In this document: positions 38,991-49,864 of the stretch, piece by piece
Numbering within the stretch: position 1 is the first letter of the stretch
Layout of the letters: the number at the start of each line of letters is the position of its first letter
From: Podarcis vaucheri
Lineage: Eukaryota
Assembly: GCA_965113315.1 (NCBI GenBank)
Contig: OZ220364.1
Length of the DNA: 64,000 nt
Reading direction: 5' to 3' (one strand)
The notes under the pieces: model-generated
Seen by the model: the letters and a program-made list of their open reading frames with translations, nothing else
The model's database searches: none
What the model was told of the DNA's origin: nothing
Translations under genes and position numbers: made by a program

Positions 38991-39028
<38 letters not shown>
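38858..39028 (+). mobile_element. 3' tail of an L2-like LINE ending in (TAT)n; related tails near 40470-40535 (-) and 51010-51080 (+)
   Basis: gctgcccagagcggctg ... gccagatgagcggggtataaataa followed by (TAT)n, repeated in the window. Confidence 0.65.
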
Positions 39029-41672
39029 GCCAACTCTGTGAGCCGCTTTTCCACCCCAGAGTGCAGCTGCAGTGTTTAAAAGTCTGTAGTTGGCTGGGCA
39101 GGGCTGTGTGCATGCATCTTCCCTGTAGACTCAGCACTCCGCAAACGCAGTTTGTGCTCCATTGTCAGGTAGTTCTACATCCCAACTTCCTGCACAAGCG
39201 CAGCATATCACCAAATTTACATAGGCGGCTGTCTTATTCCAAGTCGGACCACTGGTCCAGCTTGCTCAGTATTGCCTACACCAACAGGCGAGGAGGGGTC
39301 TCTCCAAGGTCTACCTGGAGGTGCTGGAAACCAAACCAGAGACCTGCATGCAAGCAGATGCTCTACCACGGAGCTATGGCCCTTCGGCTCCTGTGCATCA
39401 TTCTCTTCCTATCAGGTGCATGCCAACATGGGTGGTAGTTTCACAGCATGTGAGCCTAGAGCAAGAGTAGGAAGATCTCTGGTGCTTGGAGGCTACTGTG
39501 CAAGAAACATATAGTTAGCCTTAAAGAACAGGGTACTTCTGAGCCTAGGAATTTGTTTTCAGTGCCAGAACTGAACCAGGTTCACATTCCCTTTTGCGCA
39601 GAAGTCCACCCACACGGTTAGCTTCCCTTACTTCAGCAGCCGGATTTAGGTGGCAAAAGTCAGGTTGCTGTTAAATAATTGAGAGTCAGAAATCTTTGCT
39701 CCAGGGATTGCAAATCACCCAGAGATCTGCTCAGGGTCCCCCAGAATTTCTGAACTCAAATCTTTTCCTCCATGCAGATATGCAACTATCTTAGCCTGGA
39801 ATCATCCAGCTAAATGTAAAATGAGGATTTTGCATATCGTTTCCTCAACTGCTTTAGCCAGATGGTTTTCTTCTAGGGTGTTTCCTTTCAACTTTTTCAC
39901 CATTCCCTATTTAGACTCATTTATAAATAGCCTGCTCTGGGAACTGGCAGAGAGTAAGCATTGGGCAACAACCTGGCCCCATTCTGTTTTTATTTTTATG
40001 CCACTGGAGGGAGCCTGTTTGCAGGTAATAGATGGCCCTCTGCTCAGCTTCACCTGTTTGCTTTTCATTTTTGAGAGACACATCTACCTTGTATCATCTA
40101 GTTTGGCCAACATATTACCCTTTAAGTATTCCCCTTAAAATGCCCGTGAAGTAGTGGTGTATTGCTTGGGATCCCAAATCCTCATCCCAGGGATAAGAGG
40201 AGAGGTGATCAAAGAGATCCTCTAGACTGGTCTTATATTTGGGGTATATTATTCTATGTGTTGATTACAGTAGATTTATTATGCTTTCCTTGTTCTGCAA
40301 TTCCGTCCAATTATTGCTGTCTGGAAGGGACCGTATACAGTGCAGCAAAAGTGGGATTTAAAAAAAGAAACCCAGAATATTCATGCTATGGAAAGTTATT
40401 TGATTTCAGCAGGAAGTTACAGGATATGCACTGATTGAAAATGAAGCATCATCATCATCGTTGTTGTTGTTGTTAATTTTTTATACCCCATCCATCTGAT
40501 TGGGTTGCCCGAACTACTCTGTGTGGCTTCCAACATAATATTACTCCCCCAGAACTTTTGCAGACGTTTGCGTATGGTAATCCCAACATGAATGTGCAAT
40601 TAAAAGGATATCTGGCGGGGCCCATAGGTTAAGTGGCCACATGCAGGAAGTTTTGCATGGGAGAACTCTACATATGTTCAGTTGTCCAACTCTACATATG
40701 TTCAGTTGAAGCTTCTCAGCTAGCAGAGTTGGGAAAGACTACAGAGTGAAATGTGGGACAAAGGGGACAAAATTCAATGGCATTTACTCCCCTGTATGCA
40801 TGCATAGGATTGCCACCTTGTACTCAGGTTTCTTGAGCAAGTTGCTTTGTTGCTGAGACTCGCCACTTTATCTTCTGTGGCTTTGGGGAGCTGCTTTGTT
40901 GCAGCAGCAAAACATCAGTGAATGCCCGTTTTGCAATGGCACCCATGGCAATTTCTCAAACATATATTGGAGAATCCACAGCCATAACAAGTTTGGGGGA
41001 CTCTGAGTTAAAGTATTTAACCTGGAAGGTCTGAGTGTTCTGCCTCGGAGCAACAAGACCAGTGATGTGGGCTGGCTGAATATAAGGAAGTCAGTTCGTG
41101 AAAGTGACTGCCTGACTTCTGGGCACTGCATGTTTCCCTCCCCTGTTAAATGAACAGCCCATGGGAAGGCTTAGGAGTAGACTAGGCCCAGGCCCAAATG
41201 TGCTTATTGTGATATGCTGGAAGCCAGGAAGCAGCTGCTTTGGGAATCTCTCTGCCACCCTGCCCACACTGACTGTTAAGCTCTATCCCTGAAGGGAGGA
41301 GGAGAAGGAAGAATTTAGGTCAGCTTGCCGTCATATGACTTGTCAGACAGGAAATGAATTCACTCCCACACTTATGAGCTTTTCTACCTTTACGCAGAGT
41401 ACAAGGAGTTGCATTTAAATGTTTGCAGGTCTAAAACAGCAACCCCACCAGCAGCTATGACTCCCAAGCCAGCTTTGTTCACAAAGCTTGTGATGGCAAC
41501 TCATGAGAAAGCAAAGGATGACACATATTCCCTGAATGAACCAATGAAAGGACTGAGTGGCATTTCTTTAATAATTGCTGAGGAAAACAAAAAACACGTG
41601 CAAAGGAGCCAACTATTTGCCCCAAAGTTGATGGACGTTGCCATTCAAGTAGTGTGCATGCACTGCATCATG

Positions 41673-41707
<35 letters not shown>

Positions 41708-41708
41708 G
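41673..41708. repeat. (TGAT)n microsatellite
   Basis: Direct reading. Confidence 0.95.
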
Positions 41709-43354
41709 TGAGTGATTGGATTTATATACTGCCTTTCAGCATAAGATCTCAGGGCAGTTCACAGAATAAAATACAGGATAAAAAGCAAGTAAATAAGTAA
41801 AACAAAACAGCAAAATATTAACCCCCACTTCCCACAGGCACATTTTAAAGGCTGTAGAATATTAATCAGTCAAAGGCAAACACTTACCTGTTCTTCCCAT
41901 GTATTTTATTCAAGTTGCCACCCCTGGACATAGGGGTGAAATAACGGGGTTGTATCTAACTCTGTCCATGTTGAACAGACTTCTGCATGTGTGATGAGAC
42001 TTCACCTTCCTTTCCTTCCCCCTGCAGCTCTCTACACACCCTCAAATCGGTTCTGTAACCCATGGGGATGTTCCAGCCAGATTTTGAGGGTTCATAGGGG
42101 GCTGCAGGGGGGAAGAGAGGAAGACTAAAGTTCAACAGCCTTAGCAGACGTCTGCTCAGGCGACGTTGGATTCTGCTCACTGAAAACACCAGCGTGGATG
42201 TCTTAAGTCTTTTGCAAAAAGGCTTCCTTAATTAATGCATGGTCTCTTGCTCTTGTGTTGCTATAGCTACTTTTCTAATTTCCTTTCCTAATAGCTCTCC
42301 ACTGACGCATCTTATTTGAAGACATTTCTGTTAGGCTGCTGCTTTGTGTTTTGTTTTTGTTTTTTGTAAGTAAAGAAATATTAACGTCCCAAAATGTAGA
42401 GTTTTATTAAGAACAAATACAAGGGCATCATTTCCCAGTACTCTTTCTATATGCTATTAAAAAGTGATGTTCACTAAAAGGGTTGGTCAGCAGAAGACTT
42501 TCCAAGTCTTCTGGAGATAAAACAACCTGATGGAAAATGTGCCAAGCACAGCAGAGGGTGGGGGAATCAACATGGCTTCACAATCCACAGGGAGATCCTG
42601 CACATGAACTGCAGCTGTGCATGGCCACACTCGATCCAATTTAAATATAAAGAGCAGGTTTCCCCTAGGAAAGGAGTGGGGCAAGGGGGAAAGCGCTCTA
42701 ACCTGTGCTTTCTAGGCATGGGACAAGTGGAAGTGTGGATGAGCCCTTAATGCCTCCTTCACCTCCTTCTAGAATGGGAGCAGGGGAGGAGGCTGCAGGG
42801 GAAATCAGCAAAAATTCTACTTTTCCATTAGCAAAAGCTTCTGCTGGATCAAAAGCCCTTCCCAGAAGTGCACCGCTGGATGTGGCCCACTTGAGGTTTG
42901 GTGTGTGTTTTGGCCCCTCCTAAGTATCTGCAGGATTTTCAAGAGGTGCTTCATGGTGTGTGAAGACTAAGCAGGGATGACCTGCTAGCTGGCTACAACT
43001 ATTCTGCCCGTAAACCCACAGTACTGTTATTATTTTTTACAACAGATGTGACCCAAAATAGTAAATACCCAATGGTTAAAAAAAGAAAATAAATGTATGT
43101 CTGCTTCCTCCCTCCAAGGCCTTCAAAATTCATCTGCCATTTTGTGACTCGAGGCGCTTTTAGTTTCCCAGGTTCCTTTTCAGCTGCACAAGTGGCTTGT
43201 TTTAATCAGCCGGGTTGGGGTGCTGTTCTCTGTAGAGGCTCTCTGCTAGGTTGTTTTTCTATCTGCTTCCTGATGTGCTTTGTGTACGTATTTGGTGCAT
43301 TGTTTCAGTGCTCCCCGCAGCTGCTCTTTTAACGCTTTCCCCCTTGCTCTTCAG

Positions 43355-43447
43355 TCTTCTTCAGGCTCTTCGTCCCGTGATCACACAAAGTTTAACTCAG
43401 GGCCCCTGGAATTCAGCAGCACCTCGGGGCCGGTTTCTGCGGCAAGG
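43355..43447 (+). CDS. Candidate alternative in-frame TCF7 cassette exon (SSSGSSSRDHTKFNSGPLEFSSTSGPVSAAR) between the HMG box and basic tail
   Basis: tttaac branch-like site, pyrimidine tract and ttcag acceptor; strong AGG|gtaagc donor. 93 nt, open in phase 0, matching the host intron phase. CpGs retained. No homology recognised and no transcript evidence. Confidence 0.55.
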
Positions 43448-44783
43448 GTAAGCGAATTCTGCAGCGAATGTCCTTCTGCATTACGGCAGTGAGAGTCTGT
43501 AACCATCTGCCACTCATGCACCCACCTAACCCAGCGTTGGCTGCAGAATTCCAGGAGCCCTGAGCTTTTCCATGGCCATAGAATTGCTCATTGGCTGTGG
43601 AATTTGTTGAGTTGAAGGGGAACAATCAGTGGGCTATGTGTGCTTGTGGCGAGCTTGTGCATCAGGGAAGCGAGTGGACGCTTCATGACAGCACTTTCCT
43701 TTTTTTAGACAAATAGGTCGTTAATGTCTCATCAGCTTCAAAAACAAAACCATTGCCCTTGGGAGCATGGTTTCGGGGGAAACCCTTGCACAGAACTGAA
43801 CAAATAAATGGAGGGTTTGCAGGTTGGACGTGTGGCTTTCCTTTAAAAGCAGTAAAAACAATGCATCCATGACCTGGAACATATTGGCCTTGCACAGGGT
43901 CAAAGGTGACCACCAAGAAATACATTTTTTTTGGAGTGGCAATTTCATTTTGAACACAATCAGCCTCCTGAGCTGCAAATGCTGTGGACATTATTTTATT
44001 TAAATTTGAATCGGATGTAGCAAAGTAGACAAAGGATGGGTTGTTTGCATCCCACAAGGAAACAATGCAGACTGTACTGATTTGATGTGTCATCGCACAA
44101 ATATATATTTTTTAATAACAATGGGGTTGCTCTTTCTGGATCCAACCAACAAAGGTCCATCTGGTCCAGCAGACAGAGCCTTCCAGGAAACCCACAAGCA
44201 AGGCATGAAGGTAGTGCCCGTCCCCTTGTTTGTCCCCAGCATCTGGTAATGATCATGGGTTGTGAAGGTTTGTGTGTCTTGCACATACATATTACCTCTC
44301 TTAAGATACTACTGTCCATGCTAGGATTTTGTCTTACCTGTGGCTTTTGCTAGTCAGCTTGTGCGCTAAGGTGACAGCCCATGCATTCTAACCCCCTTCC
44401 TTAACTGAATTCCATTCCTACGCGGCGTGTACATGGATAAGCCACCTTGGCTTTTTGCCTCAGCCAAACTGAAAGGGAGGAAGCCTTAAGGGGCTCTCCA
44501 GAAGTCTATCCATAGGTCTTCTGCCTTCCCCCATCCTAGTAACTTATTCAGGTTGTCAGAGTCATGCATGTTTTGTAGCCCACCCTATCCCCAGGGAGAG
44601 CAATAGTAAACAGAGCAATTGTTGTGTTAATCCAAAAAGGCTAATGGGAGAGGCTGGTACTGGTTCCCCTCTCGCCTACTGGTAGTTGATGCTTTCTAGT
44701 GGAAGCAGCTGGTAAAGCAGCTAGAAATCTGGCTTTTGGTTCTTCTTGGTAACTGGTGGCAGGAGGACCTGAGCTTTTCTTAG

Positions 44784-44954
44784 GGGAAGGGTCGGGGCTC
44801 AGTGGCAGAGCACCTTCTTTGAATGCAGGGGGTCCCAGATTCAATCCCTGGCAACTCTAGGTAGGGCTGGGAGAGACCTCCGGTCTCAAATCCTGCAGAG
44901 CTGCTGAGTCAGTGCAGACAGTCTGACTCAGTACTGTATAAGGCAGCTTCCTAT
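44784..44954 (+). mobile_element. tRNA-derived SINE (Squam2-like); more decayed relatives near 30945-31090 (+) and 39215-39385 (-)
   Basis: GCTCAGTGGCAGAGCA A box, GATTCAATCCC B box and ...ATAAGGCAGCTTCCTAT tail. Confidence 0.7.
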
Positions 44955-45068
44955 AGAGAGAAATAGCTCGATGTGCCGTCTTTCTTGACTGCAGCCAACA
45001 GTCAAGGCCTCCTTAAGCCTGTTATTTGGTGCAGGACATCAAGCTCTGACTTGGCATTTTATCTTCCG

Positions 45069-45336
45069 CTTCTCCTGCGCAAAGAATGAGGGGCGCAATT
45101 TGCAACAGAGAAGCTCTGGAAGGAGGAAGGTGTTTAACTTTCCACTAGTCTGTTTTCCTCTGCAACTCAGCAAGCTGCTGTGTTTCTGCTGCAAACAGAA
45201 ATGGGAGAAAGCAGCTGCAGCTAAGGGGCAGCTGAAGAAGATAGCTGGCAAGGAAGGGAAGGGTGAAGTGCTCTTCTCCTGCCCAAAGCTCCTCTGTTGC
45301 AAATGGTGCCCTCTAGCCCAGTTTGCAGAGGAGAAG
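45069..45336. repeat. Long imperfect inverted repeat, probably an old MITE
   Basis: Arms of about 60 nt; perfect 13-bp core 45098-45110 / 45292-45304. Confidence 0.7.
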
Positions 45337-47014
45337 TAGCTGTTGGGCTTTCAGGTTAGAGCACAATGTGCCGTACCGTCTTTAGAACTCGAGGCCAGTG
45401 GAGGAGCACATAAAAAATCAAATGCAAGTAGAAAGCTCGTACATCAGAGAGAACACTTGGCTAGAACCTTGTTCCTTGTCATGCTAGCTTTCCATGTGCC
45501 GCAACATTCGATGTAGGGAAGCATTCAGATATGCAAAACCCCACGGCCATTCCAATGGGAAATGTCCATAAGGATACCACCACTAGCTGTCTTAGAATGT
45601 TGGAGTTCATTTTTCAGCATTGGAGAGGCAGTCCAAAAACTGTATGTGGCAACTCAAGACAGTTTCTCAAAACCATACACATGGATTTAAAACATGTTTC
45701 CATCTTACAGCCGACACTGGCAGAGCTTGTAAGACAGTAACTGCCACCAGCATTATGTTTTAATTGTAGTGTTGGGCAGCTGCGTAATAATGTAGGCCTC
45801 CCAATGCAAGCAAAATCAATACTATGTGGAGAGGAGTGTAAGGAAAGACAATCTGGTTTGATTTTGCCTGCTTTCATCAGCGAAGCGGTTTTTGTGCCTC
45901 GCTAATGACAAACATGTTTAAACACTGTTTGAACTTAAAATGGAAAAGGCTTTGTTGTGCTCCATGTTTGCAATCTCGTCTCTAGAAGTGAAAACAAAAA
46001 AGCTGCAGTCCTCAACATGTTTACAACAGCGAGTGTGTCCTCTTGAGGGACTTCCTTCTGAATGAAATAGGACTGGGACTGGGCTGCCCAAGCTTGCAAA
46101 TACTATGCACTTTTCAAGCTGCTAGTGAGTGCAGTTTCTGTACCCTAGAAAAATCTGAGACTAGCATGAAGACCTCACAAATGCTGGTGCAAGAAAGATG
46201 TGAATAACGAAAAACAGACCTTAGGTTTATCTCACTTTTATTTGTAATAGTTACTTTGACATTATTCTTCATTCACGGAAAGTTGCTTTGGTGACCAAAG
46301 CTCATTTTTAACTATGATGTTCCATGTGCTGTTCCTGAAATACGGTCCAATTTCTCCCCCCGCTTAAAAGACATTTTAAAAAGAGACCTTTTTCATTGAG
46401 AAAGTAACTGTGTGCAGGCTGCAAGCCTGCTGAAAATAAGATCACTGTCCACTTTATTCCACCCATGCACAGCAACCTTTTGCTGGAAATACATTCCTTC
46501 ATGTATGCACAGAATGCAGCTGGTCTTTGTTCAGATGGCTGGTGTGTGTGCATAAAGAAAGTTAGGTTTGCTCCTTAAGCCAGGTCATTGCACCGTGGTG
46601 GCAGCACACTTTTTTCTGACACTTTGGGACACAGGAAAGACTGTGGCACAATCCTCATCTATGAGCTCAATATATCTTAGCTGTGGGGAAGAGTGGCAGT
46701 CTTTCCGGTATTTCAAAATGTAAGCCAGAGACAATCTATGTGCAGGTAGGCATGAAAAGGGGACTGGATTCATACCAATTTGTTCCAGCTATGGTCAGGG
46801 ACCATAATATCTTAGAGAAGTATTTTATCAGAGACAATGAACAAGAGTGCAGTTTGGGATTTTTTTTTTGTGTGTGTGTGTACTGTAAAGGATGGCATAA
46901 AAATTTAATGAATAAACTACCAGTATGGTGGGGCAGTGCCATTTATGAGGAGGGTCCCTGGCCTCCCCATGCTCTCTATTTTGACCTCTTTTTATATTTG
47001 CAATCTGCCTTTAT

Positions 47015-47376
47015 AAGGTAAAGGTAAAGGTACCCCTGCCTGTACAGGCCAGTCGTGTCCGACTCTGGGGTTGCGCGCCCATCTCGCTTAAGAGGCCGGG
47101 GGCCAGCACTGTCCGAAGACACTTCCGGGTCACATGGCCAGTGTGACAAGCTGCATCTGGCGAGCCAGCGCAGCACACGGAAACGCCGTTTACCTTCCCG
47201 CTAGTAAGCGGTCCCTATTTATCTACTTGCACCCGGGGGTGCTTTCGAACTGCTAGGTTGGCAGACGCTGGGACCGAGCGACTGGAGCGCACCCCACCGC
47301 GGGGATTCGAACCGCCGACCTGACGATCGGCAAGTCCTAGGCGCTGAGGTTTTACCCACAGCGCCACCCACGTCCC
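47015..47376 (-). mobile_element. Sauria SINE, full length, with 12-bp TSD
   Basis: Close reverse complement of the 22708 copy; TSD AATCTGCCTTTA at 47002-47013 and 47381-47392. Confidence 0.93.
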
Positions 47377-48120
47377 TACAAATCTGCCTTTAGCATATGT
47401 TAATTTCAGCCACAGCATAAAGCACATGAAATGTTGATGTAAAAAGTAGCCATAATAAATAGCTAACCAGTCTTGGGGGGGGGGGAGAGAGTTCCCAAGT
47501 AACATCCAATACTAACTGATGTTGAGAAGGGTGGGTGTATGTATGTGTACACACAGAGAGGTTTCTTGCTTTTAACTGTAATCGTAGCCTTTCCTTCTTT
47601 TACATCTATAGGTCCCAGGGGCTCCTCTCCCAAATCAGCTAAACTGTTGCTTGCAAAATGTAGGTCTGGAAATGGCAGACTGTCAAAAGCTCTACCAAGC
47701 TGGTGCCACTCTCAGCCAGCTGGGCAGAATGCTGCAGTATGAGTTAATGAGGGGTTACTTCTGAATTAAGAATTCAAAGCAATAGGTGGATCCATCTCAT
47801 TTGTGGTTTTCTTTCAGTGTGAAGAAGCATTTGTGTAAAAATGATGTACATTTTAAACAACATGTCCCTGACTGCCTGTAGAGCATATTTTGACCACTAG
47901 GGGGAGGGTGCTACCTGCAATTGCCAATTGCACACCATACAAGGGGTCTAGATTAGCAAGAATCCATGGTGACCAGAAATGAAGCAGGCAGTTTGGAAGG
48001 GATGAAAGTAGGAGCCTTGGCCACAACCCCCTTATTCCCTCTGGAAAGATATGCCTGTATTTGTTCACTTATGATTTGTGTTCTCCCCCCCCCCCCTTTT
48101 CTCTTTCTCTTTGATTCTAG

Positions 48121-48169
48121 GGGAAAAAGAAAAGACGAACAAGAGAAAAGCAGCAAGACTCCAACTCAG
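48121..48169 (+). CDS. TCF7: TCF7 basic tail / NLS exon (GKKKRRTREKQQDSNS)
   Basis: Long pyrimidine tract with ttctag acceptor and G|gtaaat donor; 49 nt, phase 0 to 1. Confidence 0.96.
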
Positions 48170-49044
48170 GTAAATCCACTGGTGCAAACTCCAGTACATT
48201 ATCTGGTAACCAACGCTTTGTTTATGTTGGTAGGGGATTAGTTGAGGCAGCTGAACAATAGCTATAATCTTCCTTTGGATTTGCATCTGTGGCTTAATGT
48301 GACTGGGGTAATCCATATCTATGCTAATACTACCTCCATTTCATCTGTAGACTGGGTTGCTATCTGTGCTTATAAACTTTAATCTGTGTTTCATTTTCAT
48401 ATGAGACCTAACTGCTATTTCTTCTAGCTTTGCTGCTATCTGCAATTGTCTCTCCTGTCTGCTCTCCTCTGACATTAGCCTCAGAGAAAAGGAATACTAT
48501 TCAGCTCATTCCTAGTTGCATTTTGACACATCAAATTTAGCCCCCTCCTCTTGCCATTAACTTTTATGGTTGTTACCGTTGTAGTTTCCCAATCACCTAG
48601 TTCTCTGCAAAGATGCAGAAAGCAAAAGGTCTTTAAAATGCAGTACAGTAGCAAATTCTTAACCTGTTATCCAAGAAGGGACTATTTTGCCATAAACTAG
48701 ATTTCTAGGGCAGGCAGAATCCTAACCCACAGAGTCTTACACATCATATCTTTGGGTGCTATCAGGCTAAAACATCTCATCAGCGCAAGCATTTCCACTT
48801 GTGAAATACAAACCCCCACCCCCATGCACACTCTCCCCAAATCTGCTCCATAGGATTGAGGGGAACTCCTAGAACAAAGTTAGGGGGAACACAGAGTGAG
48901 AGAAAGACCAACTGCACAAGCAGTGCTTTGGATAGAAGAAGAGATGGTAAGGGAACAGCTAGCTACAGATAGAACAGGTGAGGTCCCTGTGGACTAGAGG
49001 TGGGCAAATGTTGGCAGAAAAAATGTTGGTGGAAAAAAGAAGGC

Positions 49045-49545
49045 CCAGGCAACTACTAACCAGTCAACTTGACATACCAGGAATGTCCTAGAACAGATAA
49101 TTTAACAGTCTGTGAGCACTTAGAAAAGGATGCGGGGATTACTAAGACCCAGCATGGATTTCTCAAAAGCAAGTCATGCAATACTAATCTTTTTTCTTTT
49201 TTTAAATGGAGTTACAAGCTTGGTGGATAAGGGGAATGCTGTGGAAACAGCGTATCTTGATTTCAGCAAGGCTTTTGACTAAGTCCCCCATGATATTCTT
49301 GCGGGGAAGCCGGTAAGATGTGGGTTGGGTGAGGTAGCTGTTAGGTGGATTTGTAGCTGGCTGACTGACCGAACCCAATGAGTTCTCACTCATGGTTCCT
49401 CATCATTCTGGGAAAAGAGGACAAGTGGGTGCTGCACTTGTCCTGGGCTTGTTGATGTTCAACATCTTTATAAATGACTTGAAGGAATAGAGGGGTTGTT
49501 TGTCAAATTTGCAAATGACACCAAACTGGGAGGGGTAGCTAATGC
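49045..49545 (+). mobile_element. Decayed CR1 reverse-transcriptase fragment
   Basis: Remnants of QHGFLK.KSC.TNL, YLDFSKAFD and KFA(D)DTKLGG motifs, with stops and frameshifts. Confidence 0.85.
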
Positions 49546-49791
49546 CACTGTTCTCCCAGTCACTGCATTCTTGGCCCTCCCGTGTGAGGTTAGTTTTGGT
49601 ATTTGCCTAAACCTGCTTTGTTTCCTGAAGAGATGCTGCTTCCAGCAGAAACTGGGTTGATGTGGCCTGTTTAGTTTTGTCTCCAGCTGCTAAATTGATG
49701 CTGCATCTTTTCTTCTTCCTCTTCCTCCTGCTCTTGCTGCTGTTTGTGCCTCTGCCTTGCCCATTCTCCACCACGCATGCTCCTTCCTCAG

Positions 49792-49864
49792 ATCCTGCTT
49801 CTCCTAAGAAATGCAGAGCTCGCTTTGGTCTCAACCAACAAATGGACTGGTGTGGACCGTGCAG
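49792..49864 (+). CDS. TCF7: TCF7 C-clamp (CRARF) alternative exon ([25 protein letters not shown])
   Basis: ccttcctcag acceptor and AG|gtgtgt donor; 73 nt, phase 1 to 2. Nearly identical to human [25 protein letters not shown]. Confidence 0.97.
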
